From Paragordius varius (lineage: Eukaryota > Animalia > Nematomorpha): a stretch of DNA of 64,000 bases. The position numbers and the translations under genes were made by a program. The stretch spans positions 9,920,001-9,984,000 of the forward strand of contig OZ176055.1 in the NCBI GenBank assembly GCA_964247055.1. Reading direction: 5' to 3'. Below, piece after piece: positions 1 to 12,800 of the stretch (positions within the stretch are counted from its first letter, which is position 1; each line of letters opens with the position of its first letter). The notes below the pieces were generated by a model. That model ran no database searches. It saw nothing but the letters and a program-made list of their open reading frames with translations, and was not told the DNA's origin.

Positions 1-712
1 ACTGAAATTTTACGGACAAAGCGTTAAAATATAAAGACAAATATTTTTTTGTGTTTGAGAGAAAAAAATATTTGTCTTTATATCTTTACGTTTTGTCCAT
101 AGTATAATTTCAGTCTTTACTGTAAAAGAAAGAAAATGTGAATTACCATTTATGTCTTGTGAATGATATATTTCTATTTCACACTTGCCATTTAAAACAA
201 TAAGTCATATTGATATAAATCAGGTTGTGTTTTAGAGAAAAAAAATATTTGTCTTAATATTTTTACGTTTTGTTTATAGTATAATTATAAAGTTTTTACT
301 GTAATAGAAAGAAAATATGAATAACCATTTATGTCTCTATGTGAATGATATATCTCTATTTCACACTTGCCATTTAAAATGGTGAGTTATATTGAAATAT
401 ATCATATGGTTGTGTTTTAGAGGGAAAAAAAATTTTTCTTTATATTTTTACGTTTTGTCCTTCCGTATAATTTCAAAGTTTTTACTGTAATAGAAAGAAA
501 ATGTGAATAACCATTTATGTCTCTATGTGAATGATATATCTCTATTTCACACTTGCCATTTAAAATGGTGAGTTATATTGAAATATATCATATGGTTGTG
601 TTTTAGAGAAAAAAATGTGTGTCTTTATATTTTTACGTTTTGTCCATAGTATAATTTCAAAGTTTTTACTGTAAAATAGAAAGAAAATGTGAATAACCAT
701 TTGCGTCTCTAT
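1..712. repeat. Tandem repeat of about 185 bp (about 3.5-4 copies) built from the right half of MITE family 1 plus about 40 bp of flank
   Basis: The motif tgtgttttagagaaaaaa...gtctttatatttttacgttttgtcc...tttttactgta recurs near 51, 226, 411 and 597. Confidence 0.85.
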
Positions 713-3091
713 GTTGTAATGGTCTTGGAACCGTATTTTGTCCACTATGAGGAGGTCCAACCCGTTCGACATGACTGTGCTCTGAACCGCCATGTCGCTC
801 CCCTTCATGATGATGATAAGGTGAATGGGAATGGGGAGACTGTCGGCCCTCCCGCACACAAGTCCTTTGACAATCCTCGGCAGTTTGGAAACTATTCATA
901 CAATAAATCGGATATTAAACTATAAAATATTCTACAAGCAAGCGTTTTCTGATTAAGGATATTAGTTTAATAAAGCAATAATTATTATCTATCAATAAGA
1001 GATTATCATAGGTAATGATTCAATAAGCCATTTATAAAACTAATAGAGAGCTATTCAGATATCAGAGATAAGGGGAACTATACTTATTTTTATTGCCGGA
1101 ACAACCTCCATAATAGAATTGGCGACAAACTTGATTAGTATTGTCATAATACCATCTCACGACATAGTTCCCACATGGCCCAATATCTGAATTCTCCAAG
1201 CATACACCTAGTCTCATATAAACAAAAATTAACAGTTAAAATTTGAATTATCCGCGGACAAAACGTATAAATATAAATACAAATATATTTTTTCTAAAAG
1301 ATAACCCCATAATTTTTTAAACCCTAATTTATCCTATTAATAGCATTTAATAATAATCGAAACATGTAATTTTGACTGTGATATCAATATATATATTTTA
1401 TTTTACACTTATGTGTTTAAAATAATTAAGGTTTAAAATAGTATGGTTATCTTTTGATAAAAAAAATTTGTTTTAATATTTTTACATTTTGTCCGTATAA
1501 CTTCAATTGTTACTGTAATATAAAAATAACCAATTTGTATACTATATGATCCAGATTGTTTTTATAAACAAATTAACTTATAAATGGGATTTTCTGTTAA
1601 AATGCTTTTTCTATAACCAAATATTTGTGCCATTTTACTAAAGTTTATCATTGTAGCTTTTTTGTAATTCCCAAGCAAAATAAGTTATTAGAATTTAATA
1701 ATTTATAGTATATCGATTTAGTATTAATCCTAAAAATTTCAATTTTCATACGTGCAAATGTTTCATAATTATATGACGAAAGAGGCGCTATGGTTAAAAT
1801 CAACGCAATTTCGCTCGTTTCTAAAATAGGGTTTGAAAAATTAAAATGATGTCCAACGTTTTAGTAAACAGTTAGGGTTTGAAAATAAGATATTATTTAA
1901 AGATCGAGCGAATTCAAATTTTATCTAGAGTTCCCCTAATTTTTTAATTGTTTTCATTTCTATCTCACAGACATAAAAATCGGAATTTAATTTTTGTTTT
2001 TATGCATGTGATTTTGATAAATGCAATCCGTCTTATCGCCCGTTTTTATGCATGCAATATTATCTTTTTCCCGCTATTTGAGGATTCAAATGCCCTATCA
2101 ACCAAAATTATATTTTCTGTCCCTTTCGGTGCAATGAATACAGCTATAACTGTTTGGTCAATAAGTAATCACCTCATATTCAATCAATAATAACCAAAAT
2201 ATGTTATTAGGCCCCTATTATTAGAAGACGAAAAATTGGAATTTGATTATAATATTAAATACCAACTTAAATAAAATTTATGATAGTTTTAAATAAATCG
2301 ATTTTATAAGGATGGCTATCTGAAACATCGCTATTTTTTAATGTATTACTTTTTTGTGGTAAAAAAATTATACAGTGAAAATTGTTATACGGACAAAACG
2401 TGAAATATAAAGACAAATTTTTTTTCAAAAGACAACTATACTTTTTTAATCTTGGTTTTTTTGAATGTAACTCATTGTTAAAACTACTAATTATAATATA
2501 GAAATGTCAATAGGTAACACAATCTATTATGTATTTATGATTGTAATTAGATGTTTGTTATAGAAATTATGGTTTAAAAAGTATGGTTGTCTTTCAAAAA
2601 AAATTGTCTTTATATTTTTACATTTTGTCCGTATAATTCCAATTTTTATTGTATCTGAATTTTGAGTTCCAATGCGCAAATAATAGGTTAAAGCACATGT
2701 AACTTTACTTGTCATGTCACGCATTATTATTGTGACACATCAGCCAACACCAAGTGCCCCGTTTGATTAGCCTAATTTGTCAAAAAAACGTAGTTTTAAA
2801 TAATTATACTTGAATCTAAGGAACCAGTGGATTGCTGACTAATTTCAGTCGGCGATTTTGTTGGGGGCAAAACACAAATCTTGAGACATTCTTGTTCGGA
2901 ATCAAATTTGTTTTGGGGTTCTTCGCTCTGAAGACATCCACCCCACCAAAAGCGTCTGCATCCACTGTTCTGTCGGTCATAATACCATTTTTGCGTGTAA
3001 TTCTTGGCACAAAGTTTATGCAAAATCTCCGAATTACAAACTTTTTTATCATATCCGCCGCCATCAACGCTTTGTTGATGTTGCGTGTATG
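666..3091 (-). CDS. Multi-Kunitz (BPTI-type) domain protein, papilin-like, partial model
   Basis: Exons 2810-3091 (CAKNYTQKWYYDRQNSGCRRFWWGGC...NKFDSEQECLKIC), 1084-1207 (CLENSDIGPCGNYVVRWYYDNTNQVCRQFYYGGCSGNKN) and 891 downward (NFQTAEDCQRTC then His-rich) join in phase at GT/AG sites. The 5' and 3' ends are uncertain. Confidence 0.8.
1233..1515. mobile_element. MITE family 1 (Tc1/mariner-type, CAGT..ACTG ends, about 280 bp)
   Basis: Long TIR cagt.aaa.tt.gaa.tta...cggacaaaacgta / ttttgtccgtataa.ttcaatt.ttactg. Confidence 0.8.
2373..2651. mobile_element. MITE family 1
   Basis: TA-cagtgaaaattgttatacggacaaaacg ... cattttgtccgtataattccaatttttattg-TA. Confidence 0.85.
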
Positions 3092-3747
3092 CTAATATAA
3101 ACATAATCATTTACTGTAAATTTTAAACTTGTTTATTTTTAGATAGGAACATCCATCTTACAAGCATAAAAGTGCAAAATCCCAAAAAGCTTAAAAATAT
3201 TTATTCGGAAAAATATATGATAGGATTTTACTTTCTTGGCAACTTCAAAGGTCCTACGTATATTTCCAAATTTAGTCCAATTTTATTAATATTTTATAAA
3301 AATTATGAAAAAGTAATTTTTGATGCCTGAACTACAAAAAATCCAATATAAAATTGAAAAGGATTATCACGTTTTCTAATATCAATGCGTAACTATAAAC
3401 AACCATTACATAATTGAAATATATATTTTAAATTAAGATTTTTTAACGTTAGGATTTTTTTAAATTTTTAAGTCTAAACCTATTAGTCAATAATATTTAG
3501 GTCAGGGCTATCGTTATATTTAAGGTCTTTTATACAGTAAGATCAATATATATTTTATCACATTTTTGCCATTACATGATGTCCGCTAAAACAAAAAAGG
3601 GTTGTTTTCCTTTTCGTTCGAAGAAAGTGATTTAAAATTTATGATGGATATTATTCATAAATTTTCATAAAAATTAATCATGTCATCTGATCGCGAATAA
3701 TTTCTACTTTGGTTTACTGTTACTGTAAAAATAAACGTATTGAATTA

Positions 3748-4393
3748 CAGTAAAATCTGTAATTATACGGACAAAACGTAAAAATATAAAGACCAATATT
3801 TTTTTCAAAAAGACAACGATATTTTTTTAAACTTTAATACTTTTTATATTTACCTACCACTGTAAAATATAAAATTATGGGGTCTCCTATTTACAACTGT
3901 ATTTAATGCATTTTCGATTAATTTAATATTGAAAATAACAAGATTTTGAAAGTATGGTAGGTTGCTTTTAAAAAATATTTGTCTTTATATTTTTACGTTT
4001 TGTCCGTATAATTTCAATTAAAAAAATAGTGCAGTATCGAGCCGGAACACGCATTGCGTCATTTTTTGATCTTAGGAGGTGAGGTGATAGCAGACGTTTT
4101 TTAAAATGTAAAACTTATTATACGGACAAAACGTAAAAACAAGACAAATATTTTTTCTAAAACACAACCATACTTTTTAAATCTTGATTTATTTCAAAAT
4201 AACTAATTGTTTTAAATGTCATAGTCTGAAATATAGATATATATTACTAACACAATCAATTCTCTATTTTGCAATTGTAACGAAATAGCCTATCTGAGAA
4301 TTAAAGTTTAAATAAGTATGGGGTTGTCCTTTAGATAAAAATATTTGTCTTTATATTTTGACGTTTTGTCCGTATAGTTCAATTTTTACTGTA
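3748..4393. mobile_element. Two adjacent MITE family 1 copies (about 3748-4020 and 4115-4393)
   Basis: Two pairs of the tatacggacaaaacgtaaaa / ttttacgttttgtccgtata TIR. Confidence 0.8.
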
Positions 4394-7300
4394 AAATAAA
4401 CTTATTTCGATGTTTTAGAAATATAATTGCTTAATTCCTCAAAACTGTACTATTTTTTGTTGTTTAAAACTTTCAACCAGTAGTATACTAAAACCGCCGC
4501 CCTAAAAGTGCTTTATTATGGCCCTGAATTATTATTTTTGAATTGTTCCATGCACTTATTTAAAGTAATAAAAATATCTGTAACTGTGTGTCAAACAATA
4601 AAATAATTATCTGAATTATAAGATCAAAAAAAAATTTAAAATAAATTAAAATATTAAATTTGGGTATTTTGAGTGGTGGCGGGAGGTGATCGCGTTTGTG
4701 CGAAAAATTTAAAAGAAAATATAAGAAAGTTTACTGGTTTCGAATAAAGCCGCTAAGAATATGAATACTAACTTCATGGGATATTTTTTACAAAAATTTA
4801 ATAATTCCGTTTAAATTAAGAAAATAAAGGTTAATCTTGAGCAAAATTAAAAATTATTAATAGAAATCAATGTAAAAAAATTAAATTAAAATATTTTAGG
4901 ACTTTGAACTAAATCGCGAATCAATTAAATTTATAAATAGCAATTTTTTAACGATACAAAAATGATTAAAATTATTCTTTTTGCGTTTTCTCAAGAGATT
5001 ATTATTAAGGAAAAAACATCCAAATGCAAAAAATGGAGATGGAAAACAGCATGAATGCTTTTTATTCAAATTCCTAAAATCTCGTTCTATTATTCCATAA
5101 AATTATACAAATTTTTATTTTATAATAATTTTTTTACCCGATCTTAATATTTAGTATAAAATTTTATTAAATAAAACTCACAAAGTATATGAAAATAAAA
5201 CATAATACATTTTTTTACAAAAAAATATTTTCTTATAAAATAAAAAAATTGTCCATATAATTATCGATTTTTGTCCATTGATTATTATAAATGCTCAATG
5301 CAGAGCAAGGAATATAATATAATTTAAACAAAATATGAACCAACGTAAAATAGTTAACTTAAATTTGCTTTTATTAAGGTATATGCATAAAATTTTATTT
5401 GAACAATTAAAGTACCATATGGGCATTAACAATATTTGAGTGTGGTTTTTGGCATAGAGAAAGTATTCTTAAAAAGGGGCCATATGCTTATTATATATCT
5501 AAAAATATGAAAAAATATAAATTATTTTTGTTTTTTAAAAAGTAGATATTGACCTTCCATCCTATACTTATTTTGCTGCTCAAAATTCCAAAATGATTTA
5601 TGCAATAGTAATGGATAAAAATAGTTTTTTGTTTAAAAATTTCAAACAACTGGTTCTTTTCATACATTAGTAACATAATTTATGAATTTTTATATATTAT
5701 AGAAAATATCTAGAACGTTTTTGCGTTACTGTTTATTTTATTACTAGTTGTATATGTTTTAGGTTTTGGAATGACTTTTAGAGACTCAGTTAAAAGAGTT
5801 ATTTGTTTGCTTTACTTATTAAATCTAATGCTTGAATTGTTGAAGAATGGTTATGGCGAAAAAGATTAGGTAATAGGAAATCATATGCATCATCAGCACA
5901 CTCACCGCAAATAATTTGCAGGCGGCTTTAAATTACCTACGAGGTATAATACACATTCCAACATTCAATGCACAGGTTAATTATAATGAACGTAAAAAAT
6001 ATTTGAAAACTTTCTTAGTGGTAACAAACTAATGAATTTGTTCTTTTTGACCGACATCCAGAGCAAAATATCGTTTAATACCAAATTTTTGTAAATGCTA
6101 TTCAATGCTAAGTTTCCTCTAATGCTCGGTATTGTGGTTACCCGAAGACTTTAGGTGTTGCATTTTTTAATAGATAATAAAAATTTTTGGAAGGACATTT
6201 TTATTAGTCATTTAGATTTTATTGTAAATTTTACTGTTTATATGGTATTAGGCCGAATTTTTGGATATACTGTGCTTTGTTCAACATTTTCTATATTTTA
6301 AAGCTAAATTTAACTTTTTTATGTAATCTTAGTTCCATTCTTCATTGTGTCAGTATAATTCCTCAATGCGTTATCCTAATTGGCTTTTAAATTTAACTTT
6401 AACACAATTCGAAAATATATAGAAGTGTTACTGTTATATAACTTAGGTAATTTATTAACATAATTTTTTTGGAACATTTAAAATGTCAAAATATGGCACA
6501 ACCACAAATCGGTTTTAATCAAAAAAATCTATTATTTTGAAGTCACTTAAACTGTTTAGGTTATTAGTTTTTTGAAGTCGCCACAAACATATGGTTAAAG
6601 CTTTAAAATTTGCATAATAAATTATAGCCAAAATAGTGAAAACAGCTGCTTGGTTTTTTGGATTTATTTCTCTTATATGGCGCTTAACCCCTAATTTTAT
6701 AAATTTTGAAAGTCTGTTATCGACATATCAAATTCAGTGTCCAAAATGAACAAAATGAACGACAAAAAAATTTGAAACACTATGTGCAGATATGTGTAGT
6801 AAAAGGTAAATTATTACAGTTTCGTATGAATTATAATTGCAAAAGAACAACCTCTTTTGAGCAATAATGGGTGTTTCTTTCGAAAAATAAAGCAAGTATC
6901 CTTTAAAATGCATGGATCGGGATAATGCAGAACAATCTAAAAGCTGCATCGGCAAAAAACCACACATAGATGTTTTTTAAATTTTTTTGTAGCATATGAC
7001 TTTTTTATATTATTTAAATCAGCCATATTCATATCGTTTTTATTAAAATATGGCTTAAAAGGGGATGATATTCCAATCAGTATTAAGAATTGTCCAAGCT
7101 TTATTTTGCTGCAGCCTTTCTATAATAACTACCCGATTCTCATTTGAATATGATTTATTTCCAAAGTTTTATTAGTTGCTTGGAATTTAAATTCTATCTC
7201 CTATGGTCTATTTTAATTTTTAACTATTTTAACCAAGAGACTTGCTTTTTCATTGCAATGTTAACACATTCAGACTATTAAAAGAATGGTGCCACATAGA

Positions 7301-7893
7301 TATCTTCATCAAAACAATTTTTAGCTAGTTATAAAATGAGACTCCGGCGTGTTTTATTAAGCATATAAATTTCACCAAAACTGTCCGTGAAAACAAATAT
7401 AATAAATCCGTCAATAAAAAAGTTTTTCAAATTCAAATTAGATTTTGACATCCAATAACTTATTGAGTTAAATAAAGGAATCTAGATTTTTATACATAGC
7501 GGGTAAATACACTAAATAAAAATTTTCACCCAAAATATTTATCTAAAAACAAAAATATTTCACATAATGCAACCGACCAAATCTTTCAATAAATGGTGTT
7601 TTTTGTCAAAATTTCAATGATAATATAAATCATATTATCACTTATATAATTTATTTGTCTAAAAATTATTTATATTGACATTATACAACAGTGTTCATTC
7701 GTTCAACATTCTTCACACAATGGAATATACTGATGGTGCTTAACAATTAGCCATTCATACGGAGACCAGATTAAGGCAAGAGAATACCCAAATTTAAAAA
7801 AAAGATTATAAATTATTAAGAAATTATTTTATCCAAAATCTATAATTTAGGCTCGCGGGTGCGTTTTACAAAATATGTATATAGTTAGTTAAT

Positions 7894-8375
7894 CTAATCT
7901 AAGCTATTATTAGTATTTAAAGTGTTGTTGATTGTTGTAGGGATTGTTGGATGTGAAGAGTTAACTGGAACAGAAACCGGATTGGCAGAGGTCGTGACAC
8001 TAGTTATTGTCACATCATGATTGGAATTCGAATAAAGATCATTTGATGAGCTAATAAGAGTATTTTCTGTGGGTATCAGCTCTGTAGTAATAAATGTATA
8101 TGAGTGTTTATAAAATGCATTTATATACAATTTACACTTCAAGAGTGCCTTTAAACACTTTAAACTTACCCTTAAACAATTCAAGTTCCTCCTAAAATTA
8201 AACATGTGTTTTTTAAGATTAACCCTAGCCTTTATTTTATATTTTTAAAACAAAAAATTTTGTTTGTAGATTAATACTGAAAAAATAATAATCTAAGCCA
8301 TAAAGATAAATTTAGTATGAGTTATAATAGCCCGAAAATAGATAATTCATTTTTAGGGTAAATTTGAATTGTAAA

Positions 8376-8422
<47 letters not shown>

Positions 8423-11400
8423 TTTGCACTTCAAGAGGGAGCTAAAAACTTCAAGTTAGTAGTCCTTGAACACTTATATTTTGCTTCTAACTTTAATCAA
8501 TCAAACTTTGTATCACCACACCTTAACTTATATTTTTTTTACCTACTATATCTATATTTTATTTATGCCAAAAATAATAGTTATACCAGGCAAAATAAAA
8601 AAATTTAAAGGACGAACTTGAGTGTTTAGAAAAGACTCTTAAAGTTTGTAAATAGGATTGTTAAATAAAAGTATTTAAAGGTTAAAATGCAAAACAACCT
8701 GGTGGAATGGGGGAAATAGAAGCTCCAGCCCGTTCTGGAAAAATCAGCTGTTCTGTTACTGTCGTCATCGTGGTTGTGTTTGATATTGGATCTACTGATG
8801 GTTGCTGAAGCTTGACCTTAAAAATTTCATAAAGAAATGAATCAAATAATAAAAGAACAAAAATGTTATCAGTAAGATTGGTGACGGTATAAAACTCAAA
8901 TGTGAACTTAAATTGAATTTGTAAGGAAATTTTATCATAACTATTAAAGCAACTAATAATATAATAATTGGATAATATAATTTTGTTTTATAAATCAACA
9001 GCATAGCATATATATATTTCTAAATTAAGCGATCGAACCGATAAATCTTTAATAATTCTACGACCATCTTAGTAACAAACATTAAGAATTAGAGTAAAAA
9101 TTGATATTTTTAGACAAAGCAGATATATAAGACATAAAAGACCTTAGCTTTTTAAATTAAGATCGTTTAATATATCTCATTGTTTTAAATTGCAAAGAAT
9201 TAATAGAGAAATAAATTGGTAACTCAATTAATTTTATTTACAATCGTAATTATAAATCTTCCATCGAAAATAAATATCTGTCCAGTCTATATAATATCGA
9301 CTGTAATTAGAAAACAGCTGATATTTTACTTTGTGATCAGCTGATGAGGAAGAGTCCGTATCTTCTCCTTCGTCCTCACCATCTTCAAGCATCCAACTTT
9401 CTTCGACGGCAGCAAGAACGCGTTTCTCATATTCTCTAAAAGAGTTAAATAAATATAAATTTATCAATCTAAATATTTGACTTTAAAAGAAATGTCCGAG
9501 TGTGAAAACACCTAAAATCATATGTAATTTCTAAGAATTTCTTTTATAAAGAGCAAAATTATATTTCGGGTTTAATTAGCCTTTATGTTGTTCCCATATT
9601 AAAATTTGCTTTTATACCAAAAATCTCCTTTAAAAGGACTTTATACACAGAAAATGTGTGGCTAATTTTAATAATAGCTCAATACGATTTTGTCATATAT
9701 GTATTGGTCATATATATCGTTTGTGTTCCGTTACATTTCCCGTAAAAAGCATTGAGATTGTAAGGAATTTATTTGCCAATAATGTCAGTCACAAAAACAT
9801 AAAAACCCACCCTATAAATATTAAATATTGCGATCCTATTTTTTGGAATAACCCTTTTTTTAGCCTAAACTATATAGTTAAGTGGCTATGAGGGTATAGT
9901 GTAGTGTTTTAATCTTTCGTAACAGACGCATATTACAGTATGAGTAAGTATACATCATTGTTAGAAAGTTATTAATTATTGCTTATTAGTAAATACAACA
10001 AAGGGCAGTATTATTGGCATATGATAAAAAGTGAAAAATAACTAAAAGCCAATAATAATTCTCTTGCCGCATATGCAATTTAGTAATAATTAAACTTTCT
10101 AGCAAGATATACTTACTCATACTGTATATGTTAAGATAGAATACTCAAAAAGTTAAAGGAATACCTTTTATTTTCTTTGTATAGTTGAGCGGCCAAGTTA
10201 TTTGCTGGACTGTTTGGGTTAGGATCACTCAAAAGACTCTACATAATCAGAATACAGGCATTAAATGGTATTAAAATAATGTTGTTTATAAAAAACTTAT
10301 TATAGTAAACATATAATTGAAACATTTTTTAATATTCAGGAGTTAAAATGAAAAATTTATATTAAAATTAAAAAAATTTTATTATCAAACTACATCCATC
10401 AAATGATATTGAAAAACAAAGTCGTTCATAAGAACCTAATATATTTTATAAAATTCAGGAGTTAAAATGGGTAGATTATAACAATATTTTTTTAAAAATT
10501 CCTCTCCGCACCTAATTTTAACATTTTTTAAGAAATTATATTTAAAATTAAAAATTTTGAATAAAAGCATTTTTTCCATCAAAATGAGCCCTAAATTAGT
10601 AGTTTAGATTTTTTCACCTAAATAATTGTGGATTTAAATGATAATTAAACATAATTTTATTTTCGTTTTCCTATCAAAAAAAGAGATTTAATTATCCAAT
10701 ATGCAACAATGTTTAAAATGGGAACTTGGATAGAAGTTAAAATGGCGGAAACGTCATAGGTTGGCGACCATCTGTTCTGCAGAATATCTAAGCATATGGC
10801 TCCATTCGCATAAACTATATAAAAAATTTATTTTACTTGATTAATCACAAATATTTTATAGTTTTAATATAAAAAATATGTAAAAAGGTAAAATATGGTT
10901 AACTATAATATACCATTTAACAATACAACACCTTCGAACAATTCGAATTCACCCTAAAATAAAATATAAGTTTTTTTAGATTAAAAATTACCTATATTTT
11001 TTATATTTTTGGAAAATAAAAATTTTGTTAAATTAAAATAATACCGAAAAAATAATAAACTATGCCATAAAGATATATTAATAATGAGTTATATTGGTTC
11101 GAAAATTTATTTTTAGGCTGGTGAATATAAATTGTTTAAGGGTGATTTGAACTGTAAATGGTATAGCAAAGCTTTCATAGGGTTTAAAATGCATTATTTT
11201 CAACTCTTATTCAAGTATTTAAACTAATTATGAAATGATATTTATCTAAAATATTTTAAAATGACTATGTTATAGCAATCAAGGCCTTCTTATAAAAGTA
11301 TTTAAAACCATTTGGATGAAACATTTTGGATACAAATCTAACGTTGGGCGGTTTGTTGGGATATTCCTCGCTAAATTCGATCGTGAGCTTAAATGTGCCA

Positions 11401-11731
11401 TCTTCAAATGGTGTATCTTGAGGACTAAAAATACAGCGATTAAAATTAAATTTTAAAGTTAAGTAAATCGAGTTTTTGAATGTAATATAATCAAAATACT
11501 ATTCAAAGTTAATTAATCATGATACTAACCCGAAAATGACGGCATTCCAAACCATAATGTTATTGTCAGTTGGGGCTCCACTGATCCCAGCAGGGGGATC
11601 TTCTTGAAGTCTAATATAAATTAAATATAAGATTTGAATCCTTAAAAATTAAAAATGCATAAAAGCGTTTTATATGATAAAATCAACCTTTTGAAATCTC
11701 TCATTAAACGTCTACGGGCTGGCGTTGACAT
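7894..11731 (-). CDS. UBE2A: Ubiquitin-conjugating enzyme Rad6/UBE2A-B ortholog with an extension of about 120 aa at the C-terminus (271 aa model)
   Basis: Exons 11688-11731 ([14 protein letters not shown]), 11530-11610 ([13 protein letters not shown]), 11309-11424 ([16 protein letters not shown]), 10726-10814 ([21 protein letters not shown]), 10165-10238 ([12 protein letters not shown]), 9330-9435 ([14 protein letters not shown]), 8699-8816 and 7894-8081. All are GT-AG and total 816 nt in frame. Confidence 0.95.
8377..8416. repeat. (TA)n microsatellite
   Basis: Long TA run. Others lie near 17309, 52768 and 63037. Confidence 0.9.
9937..10123. mobile_element. MITE with TIR cagtatgagtaagtata, TA-flanked, inside a UBE2A intron
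   Basis: tacagtatgagtaagtatac...gatatacttactcatactgta. A related partial copy lies at about 47340-47516. Confidence 0.75.
10910..11164. mobile_element. MITE family with TIR taccattta..caattcgaattcaccctaaaa
   Basis: Inverted ends. Related copies at about 19145-19413, 47533-47762, and partial copies at about 8220-8378 and 32500-32650. Confidence 0.75.
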
Positions 11732-12226
11732 GCTTTACTTTTGCTGATAAAAATGATGGATTTCCAACTTATAAGAGTTTCGCGAATCGAATATTTGAGT
11801 ATTGCGTTTAGAAATGATTGTGCAGAAAATATCGAGTGATTGCTTTCTATGCTAGAACAAATTATATTGTTGGGGTAAATTTTCATTTTTAAATAAATTT
11901 AACAATCAGATTTTGGATAAAAAATAGAGAAGTTTTATTTAAAAAAATTTTGTGAATATTGAAACCATTTTAATCTTAAAAATATATAATCTATATATAA
12001 TTCATTACATAATAATAATAAGACATTAGTACATTTTTGATCTGAATTTACAGAGTTTAGTAATTTATATTCAATAATTCTACAAACAAAGGTTATGAAA
12101 CAATCTGAAATTTAACCATACCTGTTTTATGGAATACGAATATTTTTGACTTTTAGATCAGCTGACCCTAAAAAATCATCTCGAAAGCCAAACAAGGATT
12201 TGTAAAATGAATGTATTTTGTATTAA

Positions 12227-12800
12227 CACTTGGATACAATACATTCATTTCAATTTTATTCGAATTGGGGTATTTGGATACCCCAGACCTGTATAAAATG
12301 AAATACTTTAAAAAATATGGAAGGAATCGGAACCATTGCAAAATTTTGCACTTATATAACATTAATAAACCGAAATATATAAAAAATTTTATTCAAAAAT
12401 ACTTGAAATTACTTATTTTGATGTAAAACCCATTGGTAAAAATTTAGTCAACGTAACATGTGTGTATTGGCTAAATTGAAAAGTAATACAAAGTAAATCA
12501 CTTTTTTTATTTCTATCAATGTCAGATGTAATTTAAATAAAAAATTAGCTTAATTATACCTTTAAAAATAAATGAATACAATATTTTGCAAAAATTTTGT
12601 AAAATAAAAATGGCGTCGAAGTAGTCTGACATGGAACTTTTTTTCAAAATTAAATTTTATTTAAATATTTTGGTTTATTTAAATAATTTTTATCAGGATA
12701 GAAGCAAAAATTTAGAGTGGGACCGTTTCCTTTGGTAGTTTTTTAAAAATATTAATTCAAAATTAGTCTGGGGTATTTAGATACCCCAAAAATCGAAGTG
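12227..12800. mobile_element. piggyBac-like MITE (TTAA target, CACTT..AAGTG ends)
   Basis: TTAA|cacttggataca...ggggtatttggatacccc...ggggtatttagatacccc...cgaagtg|TTAA. A second copy (12805-13248) shares the TTAA. Confidence 0.75.

Noticed and set aside
1948-2190. Plus-strand ORF, and an alternative frame reading CFYACDFDKCN (Ly6/uPAR-like)
   Set aside because: The Cys frame has a stop five codons upstream with no acceptor between, and the region lies within the probable Kunitz intron. No supported model.
2816-3095. Overlapping ORFs in other frames over the Kunitz exon
   Set aside because: Shadow ORFs of the real Kunitz frame.
5750-7800. Moderately GC-richer, coding-looking patches
   Set aside because: All frames hit stops and no consistent splice chain or recognisable motif was found. 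Possibly an old TE relic.
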